Source of the DNA: Stegostoma tigrinum
Taxonomy: Eukaryota
Length of the DNA: 64,000 nucleotides
Assembly (NCBI RefSeq): GCF_030684315.1
Contig: NC_081384.1
Span: 26,822,818 to 26,886,817 of the forward strand
Direction: 5' to 3'
Shown: one piece after another, positions 49,696-61,570 of the stretch
Layout: each line of letters starts with the position of its first letter
Numbering within the stretch: position 1 is the stretch's first letter
Program-made: the position numbers and the translations under genes
The notes under the pieces: model-generated
Databases searched by the model: none
What the model saw: the letters and a program-made list of their open reading frames with translations, nothing else
What the model was told of the DNA's origin: nothing

Positions 49696-51530
49696 TCTGC
49701 TGCTGTTCCTTTTATACCGTGACCTACAACTTTCCTCATTAGTCTGTTGTGAGGCAGCGTATTAAACATGTTCTGGAAATCCACATCAGCAATAATACCA
49801 TCATCGAGCATTTCTGTTATCTCTTCATAAAACTCCACCAGGTCAATTCAACACAATTTTCCCATTAGAAATCCATCCTCAAACGTCTTAGCCAACCTGC
49901 CCATTTTCCCTGTCTTGATTATTAATTCTGTCTTGAATCATTGTTCCTAGATACCTCTCCCCGATTGAAGTTGAACTGACTGCTTTATAATTATTGGGAT
50001 TATCCTTAGAGCCTCCTTGAAAATAGATGTGTTGTTTACAATGCTTCAGTCTTCTAACACGTTCCCTGTGTACAGTCAGGGCAGAAAGATAATGGCCAAT
50101 GCCCTCACAATTTCCACCCTTAATTCCTTCAAAACCCATGAATGCATCTCATCCATTTCAAGAGTCTTGTCAACTTTAAGCACCAACTGTCTATCCAAAC
50201 TTCTTCAAATAAAAACTGACAGAACTGTAGATTCTGTCAATCAGGAACAAAAACAGAAGTTGCTGGAAGAGCTTAGCAAGTCAGGCAGCATTGTGAAGAA
50301 AGAAAACAGAGGTAACGTTTCGGGTCTGAGTTCAGAGGTCTGAGGAAGGTCTGGACCGGAAACATTAACTCCAATTTTTTTTCTTCACAGATGCTGCCAG
50401 ACCTGCTGAGCTTTTCCACCAACTTCTGTTTTTGTTCTACGTTATTCATTTTGAATGCTTTAGTGACAGAGTTTCCTTTTCTACCAGCACGCCCTGGGCT
50501 CCATTCTCCTCATTTTCAAAGACAGATCCAAAATATTCTTTTAATATCTCTGCAACACATCCTGCTTCCATTTGTAAATCCCCCTTTGATTAAACCTCTT
50601 ACATGCCTCCTTTAAACACCCTTTTTACAATTTATGTGCTGATAGAAAACGTTTAGATTCTCTTTTATGTTAGTTGCTACATAATTCCTCTTGGATTCTC
50701 CAAATTGCTTTTTCACCTGCCCTTGAAACCTTCAGCATTTCTCTTTGCTCCCAATGGTATTTTTTTTCCTTGCACCTGTTATGAGCCCACTTTTACTTTC
50801 TAATGTTAATTGTTACCTCCTTTGTCATCCAGGGAGCTCTGGATTTGTTTGCCCTACCTTTCCCATTTGACGGAATCTACCTTGACTGTACATGAGCCAT
50901 CTGCTCTTTGAAGATGGCCCATTGCTCAGCTGCTGTTTTTTCCACCAAGCTTTTGTTCCAGTCAATCCTGCCAGTTCTGCTCTTACCCCACTGAAGACAG
51001 CCCTCTACCAAATGATTTTTCTCATTTTTGAATGTGAATGTTATTCCCCAATATTGCGCCTCAGACTTCGACAGTGTGACAGGAATGTGAGACGTGACAG
51101 GATGCTGGATCCCTGGAAGGATCGGTCTTTCCTTCACTGTACCCTGAGCCTTATGGTAAAATGTCCTTCAGGGAAGAAAATCTGCTATCTTCACCTAGTC
51201 TGGTTTATATGTGACTCCAGACCCACAGCAATGTGGTTGATTCTCACTTGCCCTCTTAAATGGCCTGGAAGGCCATTCCATTTAAAGACAGGCAATAATT
51301 GCTGGCCGGCCAGCAATGCCCACATTGCACAAGTGAATTACAAAAAAATCACTGCCTGCTAAATGTTTCCCTTCTGTCACTTTATCCAGTTGGCACACCT
51401 CATTGCCAAGTGGCAGGTCCAAAAATACATGCTGTCTTGTCAGGCTAGACACATACCGCTTTAGAAACTCTCCTGAACATAATCTGGCAAAGGTACACCT
51501 CCCTGCCCTTACTCTACCTCTGTCCTAGTC
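49696..51530 (-). mobile_element. Fragmented old CR1 ORF2 (endonuclease-RT) with several nested inserts
   Basis: DFQNMFNTLPHNRLM, GSKDNPNNYKAVSST and IDWNKSLVEKTAAEQWAIFKEQ. An endonuclease-like segment resumes at about 51350. Confidence 0.8.
50210..50438. mobile_element. Fold-back PLE 3'-end insertion inside a CR1
   Basis: GAACAAAAACAGAAGTTGCTGGAAGAGCT / AGCTTTTCCACCAACTTCTGTTTTTGTTC; centre GTTTCGGGTC...CTGAGGAAGGTCTGGACCGGAAAC. TSD not convincing. Confidence 0.85.
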
Positions 51531-51825
51531 AGAGTGGGTTTTAATTGATATATTTATTCAATTCGTTCACTGAATAAGTACAAACTCTTGTTTATCTTGT
51601 AACCTTCAACTACTAGTGAATTAACATTCATCGATAGAGTCTTTTAAATATTAATGGCTTCCTCTTGCCACACCTGTGAAGAGGACCTCACTCCTCTCCC
51701 TTATGATACTCCACTTTAGATCCGAGTCAGCATTGATGAAGTGAAGGAAAGACCGATCCTTCCAGGGATCCAGCATCCTGTCATGTCTCATATTCCTGTC
51801 ACACTGTCGAAGTTTAAGGCACAAT
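51053..51825. repeat. About 86-bp inverted repeat pair (51053-51138 and 51740-51825)
   Basis: ACTTCGACAGTGTGACAGGAATRTGAGACRTGACAGGATGCTGGATCCCTGGAAGGATCGGTCTTTCCTTCACT occurs on opposite strands; both give the peptide MKERPILPGIQHPV in the ORF track. Confidence 0.95.
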
Positions 51826-52329
51826 CAGTAGATATCTCACTCAGGCCAAAAAGCTGTAGCTTTGAGGTCTGCCTTGCCAATGACCACTTCATCCATCCTG
51901 CCTCCATTTTTATCCCCATTGACTCTATGTGAACTGGTATCCTAACACTATAGCATCTAAAGGCTAACCCCAGTGAAGACACTGTTAAGACATTTCCCAC
52001 CAGAGGTGGGTTCCTGACCTAGGAACAAACAAAGATCCTATTGCCCACTAACACAATGAAACTTTAGCTCAACATTGAATGGACAGGCGTGCCAGTTCCA
52101 AAATGGTAAAGATTACCTCTGTTGTTGATGTTGGGAAGTTGAATGTGTGCATAAACTTGTTAAGCAAAGTACGGGCAATAAAGAATGACTCGATATTAAT
52201 GATTATCCGCTGTGGCAGAGTTTGAATAGCACAATATGAAGTAGTGGGCCCGCTCATAGCACTAGATACTGCCATAGCTGCTGAGTATTTGCAATATTTC
52301 CTGCTTTAGTTCAGATTTCCAGGGATTTT

Positions 52330-52540
52330 TTAGAAGTAGAATTGTCACATGAACTCACATGATTACAGTGAAAAGTTTACAAGTCACCAGTTATGGTATT
52401 ATCTTAGGTACTAAGGTACCGAGGTACAGATTCTTAAGTACAAATTCTTAGGGGGAAAAATGAGAAAAATAAAGAAACAATACGTTCAGCATTACAGAAT
52501 GTAAGAGACATTAGAAAACAAAGAAATAAATATGTTCTTC
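52330..52540 (-). mobile_element. Rex1-like LINE 3' tail
   Basis: ATTGTCACATGAACTC...TACAGTGAAAAGTTT is the reverse complement of the TTTTCACTGTA...CATGTGACAAT tail motif. Confidence 0.55.
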
Positions 52541-52569
52541 ATTTCCAGAAAACTTGCAAATGTGGACAA

Positions 52570-53180
52570 TAATTTTAAACTTTCAAAGTCAGATGTCACA
52601 CAATACCAAGTTATAGCCCAACAGGTTTATATGAAATTACAAACTCTCAGAGTGCAGCCTGTCTTCAGGTGAAGTAGGAGAGAAGAGCACACAGACACAG
52701 AGTTTATAGGCAGGGGAGATCAAGGGCAGAGAGATCAAAAGAACATACAAATAGTGTGAGTGGAGTGTTGAATAATAAGTCTCCACAGGTGATCAGAAGA
52801 GTCAGACAGTGTGAATAAAGTGTCAACAACAGAATAACAAACAAAGGGATGACCTGTAATCCAATTAAATGAGGCAGAGAAATAATCACAAATAAAACCA
52901 ATTGACAGGAATAACATGATAGGTATAAGAATCACATGCTGAGGGTCTAACCAAAATAATGTGATCTAAAACTTACAAACTAATTAAGGTAGAGAGATCA
53001 TTACAATTGGTTGCAAGGTGATGATGTCAAAACAGGACAGGAAGGAAGATTTTACAGATACTGAACAGTGTGGTATGGTTACATGTAGCACTACGTGAAC
53101 CCAAGATCACAATTGAGGCTATCTTCACGGGTACGGAAATTGGCTATCAGTTTCTGCTCAATGATTTTTGCGCTTTTGTG
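52570..53180 (-). mobile_element. PLE 3' fragment (third family)
   Basis: Collinear with 47945-48540 (GGGATGACCTRTAATCCAATTAAATGAGGCAGAGA; TGAACCCAAGATCACA; TTGGCTATCAGTTTCTGCTCA). Confidence 0.88.
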
Positions 53181-53309
53181 TGGCTGTACACTTCAACCAA
53201 ATGAAATTGAAGTTCTCAGCTGAGGACTCAATTTCTGCCCCACCACCAAAACGGACCCCACTTGTCTTGCAGCAGACACAGAGGAATTTATCAGGTGAAC
53301 GAGGGTCCA

Positions 53310-53770
53310 GGAATTAATCCAAAACCCCAAGATGTCAGCAGCGAGCCCAATGAGATAACCAATGAGTATGGGAGTATGGTCAATGGATTTTTTTTGGGCT
53401 GTTGGAAGGTTTGTAGTGGAACTTCAGAGGGGCCAGTATTGGGGTCCTTTTCTTCAAAAATGTTAATAATCCGGATCTTGGTATGCAGGGGCAAGTTCAA
53501 AGCTTGCAAGTGGCATGAAGCTTGGAAGAATTGTAAACTGTGAGGAGGACAGTGTGGCACCCCAAAAAGACACCGCCAAGTTGGTGGAGTGGGCAGATAG
53601 CTGGCATATGAAGTTCAGTGAAGGCAGGTGTAAGTTGATGCACTTTAGTCAGAAGTGCGTTGAAAGACAATGTGAAAGAAAGGGCACCAATTCAAAAGGG
53701 GCTGCAGGAACAAAGGGACGCAGGTGTTAAGTGCACAGATCACTGAAGGTGGCAGGGTAAATGGTAAAAG
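53310..53770 (+). mobile_element. Decayed CR1 RT fragment
   Basis: KLGRIVNCEEDS...KLVEWADSWHMKFSEGRCKLMHF. Confidence 0.8.
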
Positions 53771-54714
53771 ATATTGTCACCATAGTCCCAAAGGACCATA
53801 GAGCTGCTCTCATTAGAGAGAGATGACTGTCGGTGGTTTAATCTGAAGGTCACAATGATGCAGGTGAGGGGAAGGGTTGAGAAAGAGGGCACTTCATAAC
53901 CACAGCCAGATCCATTACTGAACCTAGAACATTTTCACCACAATACTTGATCACTAATCTACACGGTGATCAACATTTTCTCTTTCCTTTTTATATTTAG
54001 TATTAAAGACATCTTTTACATAAGTTATTCATGTGAATCATTCACAAATCAAACTGAATGCTTTTATTAGGAATTGCAGAACATGGGGGGAATTATTACA
54101 GTGCTTAAATTCTAAGCATTACCCTTGTAGCTGGTAGCCATTATCATATAAAGTGGCTAGTGGATATTTTTGGTGATGTGATTGGAAACAAACTTGAAAT
54201 TGAAATCGAGGAATATTTTACAGTCTGATTGGTGATTAAGGAAAGTAGAAATCTGCCTAAAATAACCATTTGAAAGGCAAGTGAAACAAATTCTCAGTCA
54301 ATGAGGAAGAAGTAAAGTCCAGATTTCTGCTTGTTTGTGATTGTACATGAAACAAAAATTGTTCTGAAAATCTTTCGGAAACTTCCTTCTCAGATTTTCC
54401 AACATGAACAAACTTCAGCTGCATTCAGCCTGTCAATCAAGGGAATACTTGCCTTGCAGTGTATAAATATTATGACTTAGTAATACGTATTAAACAAGGC
54501 CAGTCTGCCAAAAGTTCTTTTGACATTCTTTATAGTTTGGGAATCACTAGTGGCTCAGTGAAACTTCCTGCAGGCTGTAAACAAATTTAAGATATCTTCC
54601 ACAGTGTTTCTTTACTGACATCAAATTCTGTGGCTTAATAATTTTAAAACAATCACTCAAAGCTGGAGGTTAAATCCATATATTCAGATTCCAACATCAG
54701 ACAATCATGGACTC

Positions 54715-55200
54715 AATAAGGTAGAGAAAATTATGTTGGCTCCCTATACAGCAATATAATCAGTCCTCTTCCCTGTTCTATCCCTGTAATCCTGTAGGTT
54801 TATTCTTCTCAGATGTCCATCCTATTTTCTGTTGATATTATTCATTCCCTCTGCTTCCATCACTCTTAAATGCATTGAGCTCCAAATCTTTACTACATAA
54901 AAAGGCTTATCTTAAAACTGTGTTCTCAAGTCCTTGTACAATCGACTGATGGAAATACATTTTCTTTGTCTGCCTGATTCTGGTTTAACATAATCTTTTA
55001 TACCTCTAATCAACCAGGGCAATCACTATTGCTCCAAGGAGACTAACCCCAGCTTCTCCAAACAAACATTGTGTTTACCATGACTCATTCTGATCAATTT
55101 CATCTGTAACCTTTTAAAGAGACCTCATGCCCTTCCTGAAGTGGGGTAAGCACAACTGGCTGGAATGCTGGTGCTGTTGTATAATCAGAGCCTTATAGAG
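54715..55200 (-). mobile_element. Old CR1 3' fragment
   Basis: TTTATACCTCTAATCAACC...CTCCAAGGAGACTAACCCCAGCTTCTCCAA (reverse of LEKLGLxSLE). Confidence 0.65.
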
Positions 55201-55269
55201 AAGCAGTAAACTTAGATTAACCACTAGTACAAATTAGTTTAATGGAGGTTTGATGAAAAAGACTAATTT

Positions 55270-56440
55270 TGTAGAAGCATTTTGTGTTTCACTGATCAGG
55301 ACAAATTAAGGACAAATCAATATTTATACTGCATGAAGAAGAATGTTGAATGCCTGGCAGGTAAACTTTGACTGGGAGAAACCATAGAAAATGCATAAGT
55401 TAATGATGACTGACAGTTAACTGCTAGGCTTTGTTTAAATTTTGATCTGATTAGTCAGGGTAAAGCCCTGTGAAATGAACCAGAACATGGCTAATGCCCA
55501 GTTTGTTTGCGTTGAAACAGACGTAGTACATGGATATATCTTTTTTTATCTGTCTGCAAACAGCAGGGCCCTGTACTAACAAACATAGCTTCCAGAACAT
55601 ACAAGTACACCACTCTGCAAACCCAACAGATAATCCTAAGTTGGTTGTTAGCACAACTCTTCACACACCCATATTTCAAGTACATATTGCCCAAAGTCGA
55701 ATCACATTTAATGTTAGACATAGTGTTGTAAGTGTTAGAAGTGTTGGTTGGATATGGTCAGTAAGTTGCTTGCTGAGAACTGCCAATGGGGTGTACTGCT
55801 TGGTACAATTCAACAGTCTCCCAGATGTAAGGCTTACATACCTGGCATCACACTGGTATTGAAATTCATAGACCACATTACTCGTTAGTGTGATAGACAG
55901 AACATCTTTTTGGTTTGAAAGTAGCATCTTGTTAGTGGCAAACATCGCTTGTGTTTCTACCTCACAGCAGTAGAGTGAAGCATCTAAGTTCACTTGCTGC
56001 TCAAAACTTTGAGATAATTTACCCTTATGGGGTAATCTGAGTTAGACTGGGCACTTTTCAAGATCAAAAGTAATGGCCCCTAGGGCTGGTTATGAGCATG
56101 CACAGTACAGGGCAAGTACTGATTTGATCAGATTTTATCCTGCAGTATGGCTTTGATGCACCTTTTTCAATGTTGAGTTTAAGTGATGAATGAATGGTTC
56201 TAATTACAAAATTGTTGATAAGGCCAATCTTGTAGCGCATGGAGCTGTGGATGTTCCGATGACCAAATATACTGACCAGAAACAGTTGGTAGGATTTCCC
56301 TTAAATTTGTATTTTTGAAAATTGTCTTGATAAATTTAAAACAAAATGCTTTGATAAATTATATTTTTTTCGGTAACATGCAAGTCCTGTACTACAAATG
56401 AAGAATTGGGAATTGTTTCATCGTGGTAAGGAGAAGCTGA
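55270..56440 (-). mobile_element. Decayed Penelope-like element, fourth family (RT C-terminus and GIY-YIG)
   Basis: Minus ORF KDVLSITLTSNVVYEFQYQCDARYVSLTSGRL, and later VLEAMFVSTGPCCLQ (LEA...PxLCxQK-like). Confidence 0.8.
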
Positions 56441-56585
56441 AAGTTAAACAGTTAACTGTATCTCATAATCCTTGTTCTTTTACATCAGTGAGGAGTTCAC
56501 CAGCCATGGAAACACATCGATGTGTTCTAGTTTCCAAAGCAAACTAAAGCAACATTTTCATCTTGTACTCTCTCTCTCTTTGTAG

Positions 56586-56644
56586 AGCCACATTCCACTA
56601 GACAAAGTGAACAGGACCTTGATGTATAGCAGCAACACCCCAAG
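56586..56644 (+). other. Candidate short exon
   Basis: Acceptor CTTGTACTCTCTCTCTCTTTGTAG; weak donor AAG|GTTAAG. Confidence 0.2.
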
Positions 56645-57139
56645 GTTAAGGAATTGGAATTTGCTCCAATTCAATTGTGCATTGATCCCTGGTAAACTTA
56701 CCACTGTTTATTCAGATAGAATAGCCCTACTCATTAGACTACTGACAGGTGCATCAGCCACAATTAAAAATTCTTTAATTGCATAATATCCCCAGCATTT
56801 CTGTCATTCATGTTAGACTGCACAATATATTGTGCACTATTACAGACATGAATCAACTTAAAATTAGTGCAGAATACAAATTATATTGAAATATTAAATG
56901 TAGAGTAATGGATTTCTCAGTGCACAACATACAATATGACCCAGTAAAGAAAATGCCAACAATAGAATCTCTTTCTAGGTATTATGCTAATTTTTATTTT
57001 CCTTGAATAGAAATCAATGTCCTTTATGTCCGAACCTGCTGTATATTATTTGAAAGTAGAATTGTCCTGTTGAAATCCAGCCTTATATTTATGCAATGTT
57101 CACAAGCATATACATTTAGAGCTACGGCAGGTAAGATGA

Positions 57140-57470
57140 TGGTGAATCTTTCCCAAACTCAGTAATCTCCTCGGAGTAAACTCTATGAGATACCTTTGCT
57201 TCTTTGATTCTGGAGTCATGGGCTTCCCAGTTTTAACCATTCCACCAATGATGACTGTGCCTAGGTCATGACCTCAAGAAATTCTCTCATTAAACTTCTC
57301 AATTTCTTTACCTGTTTTCTTACATCAGACTCTCCTTAATATCTACGTCTTTCATTAACCTATTGATCATCAGCTTTAATGTCTGCTTGTATGGCTCAGA
57401 GCCATACTTTGATCAATGATACTCCTGTGAAGAACCTTGGGATATTTTATTGCATAAAAGGGAAGAACCC
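57140..57470 (+). mobile_element. L2 3' end relic
   Basis: GACTCTCCTTAATATCTACGTCTTT...ATACTCCTGTGAAGAACCTTGGGATATTTTATTGCATAAAAGG. Confidence 0.55.
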
Positions 57471-58355
57471 TTTCTGCCAATCCTTGGAGTCAGGTGAGTT
57501 AAAACATCCTCTCTATACTGCATAAGAGAAGATGACTCAGGTTGAGTATAAAATTAAAGTAACACCTCAGAGCAGGCTAAACTCTCTGACACATCAGAGC
57601 TCATTAACTGTGTACACTCCAAAATTAGCATTTTCACATTTGCTGTATTTTTCATAGAATATAAAGTCAGCCCATACATTCATTTTTCAATGTCAGTCAC
57701 ACCATAATTCAGACCTTTGACTGTGAACGTATATGTTGTATAAAGTACCATTATTAAAACAGTTATTTTTTTCCTGAGAGATAAAATTTCAATGCAGCAA
57801 TCCGACTGTGTAACATAAACATTTTGAATGGCTCTGTATTTATGCCATGACATAAATTAGCTACCACACCAAGATAATTGCCTCTTCAAAGAAACAGACA
57901 CTTAGAGAATATCGAAGTAGCAAATGAATGGTTAATATAAATTGTCAGACATAGAGATATTGTGGCACGTGGCTTTCTTAAATAGTTTGCTATGTAGTTC
58001 CATATAATTTATGTTACAGCTTTGGCATTTTAGTTTGGATTCATATAATTATTTAGTGGCGGCCTAGTGCAACCATCTCAGAAGTTTAGATTCTTCCATC
58101 ATCGTTATCCACAACGCCAAGCCTGACATTTTGTCACAGTCCTTAACTTTGCTGCTTAGTGCCATTCTATGAGTGTCCACTAGGGGATGTGAGAGAGCAT
58201 CCAGGAACCTGGGAAGAGTTCTCTACATCCAGCTTTGCTTGATGAAAGTCATAAGATATTTTGTTACAATTCATCAAGTTTGAAATTGTTGTATAACAAG
58301 TTGAACATGTGCACAAAAGCAAACCTGAGAAGCTAAAATTAAAGTGTTTTTCCTG

Positions 58356-58356
<1 letters not shown>

Positions 58357-58388
<32 letters not shown>
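58357..58388. repeat. (TG)16 microsatellite
   Basis: Perfect dinucleotide run. Confidence 0.98.
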
Positions 58389-58391
<3 letters not shown>

Positions 58392-58679
58392 AGTAAACTT
58401 ACAGTAATGTATATGCAAGTCAGGTGCTTTGCTGCCTCTAGACTCACATGATCAATAAGCAACTCTGCGAATATCAGGGAAAAGAGGGAGTATGTGTAAC
58501 AGCATTGGAAGAGCAGAGGCATTGGGTTGGGGTGGGGTAGATCAAGAGCTTAAGCTGACACCACATCGAGGAACAAAAACAGAAGTTGTTGGAAAAGCTC
58601 AGCAGGTCTGGCAGCATCTGTGAAGAAAAGAATTCCTCAGGACTGAAACACATTGAGGCTTCAAATTGATACATTGAGG

Positions 58680-59170
58680 GCAATCGACTTGTATTTTCTA
58701 CAAACGCAAGTAGAACATAAAAAAAGTAATTCATTTTGGTGGGACAATCAAGTAAGTGTGAAAGAGGATGTATCAGCTGTGGGAATTGGGTGCATGTGTA
58801 GATGTCATTGAAAGTGGCAGAGCAGATTGTAAGAATGGTTCATAAAGTGAACAACATCCTGGGCTTTACTAATAGGGGCATAGAGTACAAGAGCAAGAAG
58901 GCATGTTAAACGTGACTAACACCCTTGTTTGGAGTATAGCATTCAGTTCCTTATGCCACATTTTGGAAACATGTGAAAAAATAACAGAAGATGCAGAAAA
59001 GATTCACAATAGCAGTTCCAGGCCTGAGGAGCTTCAGTTATGTAGATAGGATGGAAAAGTTGGGTCTGTTCTTTGTGGAGTATGGGAGGTTGAGTCGAGA
59101 TTTACCGGGGTATTCAAAATCTTTGAGAGCCAAGACAACGTAACAAGGGAAAATCTGTTCTAACAGGTGA
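58680..59170 (+). mobile_element. Old CR1 fragment
   Basis: ATCCTGGGCTTTACTAATAGGGGCATAGAGTACAAGAGCAAG (ILGFxNRGIEYKSK). Confidence 0.75.
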
Positions 59171-59199
59171 AAGCATTGATAATGCTGATATTGTAAAGT

Positions 59200-59460
59200 G
59201 GAAATGCAGCAACTAAATTGTGTGCAGCAAACTCATACAAACAACAAGGTGATAATGGCCAGATAATGTATTTTTACACCATATGTGGTATAACAATTGG
59301 ACAGGGACCAGGCAGAACACAGTTTGTCTTTAAAATATCACCACAGTTTCTGTTAGATCCATCTGAGAGGCCCAACATGCTCAAATTAAATCAAAAACAG
59401 CACCTCTGACAGGGCAACATTCCCTCAGTACTTCACTGGACACTGAAATCTTTATGCCCA
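59200..59460 (-). mobile_element. DeuSINE-like relic
   Basis: GGAAATGCAGCAACTAAATTGTGTGCAGCAAACTCATACAAACAAC...GGCCAGATAAT...CAGCACCTCTGACAG...TCCCTCAGTACT. Confidence 0.6.
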
Positions 59461-59466
59461 GCTTTA

Positions 59467-59822
59467 GGGGGTGAATTTACTGAAGGTGCAGGGGAGTACT
59501 ATGGGCAGGAGGGAATGACAGCACAACCATCAAAATCATTGGTACTCCCTCCATCTACACCCCCGGTTGCCCTCCACAAGAAATTCATTAAATTCCATTA
59601 AATTCCACTCCTGACAGCTGTCAGCTATTTGAAGGTCAACTACTCTCTGTAACTGGCGATGCCAGTAAACTTTCTGACTGGGACATAATCAGTGGGAGGT
59701 AAACATGAAGCTGGGATCGTATCGCTGCAGTCTCCCACTCTGTCAAACAGCAACTACCATTCCTCCACCACCACCTCAATCAAAACTCACCTCAGGCCTG
59801 GGGGAGACATTAAATTCCAGCC
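59467..59822. mobile_element. Possible Harbinger-type MITE
   Basis: Imperfect terminal inverted repeats GGGGGTGAATTTA / TAAATTCCAGCC; non-coding. Confidence 0.35.
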
Positions 59823-60254
59823 TATGAGTGAATCTTGGCCCCACAACATTCGGATGCAAAATCATGCAATGCTTGCAACTGAGATATAGTTGAAGATGTC
59901 AGGAAAAGGAGTTTAGACGAAATATATATTCCAATTTAAATTGTGTGCTTTATTCTTTTGTTCAGGGACCAAACAAATATGGTGAAATTTTAATATTAAG
60001 TTAAAAATGTAGCTCTTTTGAGTACTCTGGCATCAGCATCATCTGTATTAATTGGGATATGTGGAAATAATGGAAATAGTTAGAGATACCATACCTACCT
60101 CGTAACAAACTGAATCGTAACAAAGTTAACAGAACTCACATCTGGGAAGCTTGCTGATTTTCTGTCATTCATGTCACACTACTAAAAAGTGATCCCCTTT
60201 AAATCTATTAGTGCACTTTTCTAAATTAGACAAACAAGTCTAAAATCTTAATTT

Positions 60255-60590
60255 GAGACTGTGCCACATTATAGTGGGCATTGGTGTGGAAAATGGAAGA
60301 ATTAAGAGGGCATAGATTTAAAGAGAGCTGCAAACGAAGCCAAGATGAAGAGGGGAAAACATTTTCATTCAGTGAGTAGTTAGCTTATGCGTGCACTGCC
60401 TGAAAGTGTGGTGGAAGAAGGTTCAGTTCAGCTATTCAAGATGGCATTCCAAATATTGTGCAAAGGTAGGGGAGAAAGCAAGTCATTGGCATGAGCTAAT
60501 GATGCTCATTTAATGAACTAGCGCAGGCCTGGTGGGCAAAATGGTCTCCTTCCTTGCCATATCATTTCCAAGATTCTGTGGAAACATATC
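60255..60590 (+). mobile_element. Old CR1 3' fragment
   Basis: AGAGGGCATAGATTTAAAG...GCACTGCCTGAAAGTGTGGTGGAAG...GGGCAAAATGGTCTCCTTCC. Confidence 0.7.
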
Positions 60591-61369
60591 CAAGGTGGAT
60601 TCTATGAAGCTGAGCTGCACAAAGCAGAAGGTTCCCAAGTTCAATTCCCAGTCTGTTCTGAAGCATCTGATCTCTGGCAGAGTGGAGGGACTACTGCTAT
60701 GGTGGGTTGTCAAGGTCAATTCCTAGCTGGGCCCCTTCTGCTGATATGATCAAATGGCTCCTGATAGAAAGTGGTTTGATGATTTAATTTGGCTCAATTC
60801 GGTGGTGGTCCATGGGAATAAAAGGCTTGCCCATAATCACTGGTGAGTGTTGTATGAGAGATGTGTCGCTTGGTTTATATACTAATGAACTCTCAGATGA
60901 AAAGGAATTGTAACAGAGAGAATACCATGGAGATGTGGATAATATTAAAATAGAATACTTTGTTTTATCATTGTGAAGGTAAAATAACCTTTTTTTAACT
61001 AAATAAATGAAGTTTAAAGTGAAAGTTTATAATTTTCCTTTTTATGTGCAGTAAAAATAACCCCCGTATGGTTCCAATATCCATGCTTTACTTTGTACCT
61101 GACAATATTTAGTCAAAATCCCATTAATCACAACTGACATCCAATCCTTTAACAGTTTGCCCTGAAGATCAAATGAGTCTCCTCATGTACATGGGAATTA
61201 GAACTAGAACTCACATAAAACATGTCTTCATGTCTGACTGAAAAGATAGCATCTAAAGTATTCACAACTGTTTGCCAGCTTTTAATCTGATTTAGATAAA
61301 TGAAGCTGCTGAGGGAACTCTACAAAGCAGCACTGAGCCTGGAGAAGAATTGATAAAAACTGGGAAAGA

Positions 61370-61570
61370 GAACAGCCATGTCTTCAACATATCAACTAAT
61401 ATTATTAAAAACAGATGATCTTGTGGTCACTCACACATTGTTATTTGTGAAAATTTGTTGTGTACAAATAGTCTGCCAAATCTCCCTCTATTACCGCATT
61501 GTCTCCAGTTCAAAAGATGTTTTGAACTCTTACAAAATGCTAAATAAATGCAAGTTCATTTTTTTCCTTC
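61370..61570 (+). mobile_element. DeuSINE-like tail relic
   Basis: AAAACAGATGATCTTGTGGTCACTCACACATTGTTATTTGTG...AAATAAATGCAAGTTC. Confidence 0.5.

Noticed and set aside
6235-50438. Hairpin repeats as DNA-transposon MITEs, CRISPR repeats or pre-miRNAs
   Set aside because: The arms match the 3' end of the GIY-YIG element at 23.8 kb and related PLE ends, TSD lengths vary, the arms are asymmetric, and there is no repeat-spacer periodicity.
57100-57140. Isolated donor-like CAG|GTAAGA
   Set aside because: No matching strong acceptor or open exon identified upstream.
60600-60900. Possible ancient SINE (B-box-like AGTTCAATTCCC)
   Set aside because: Too decayed to assign without a database search.
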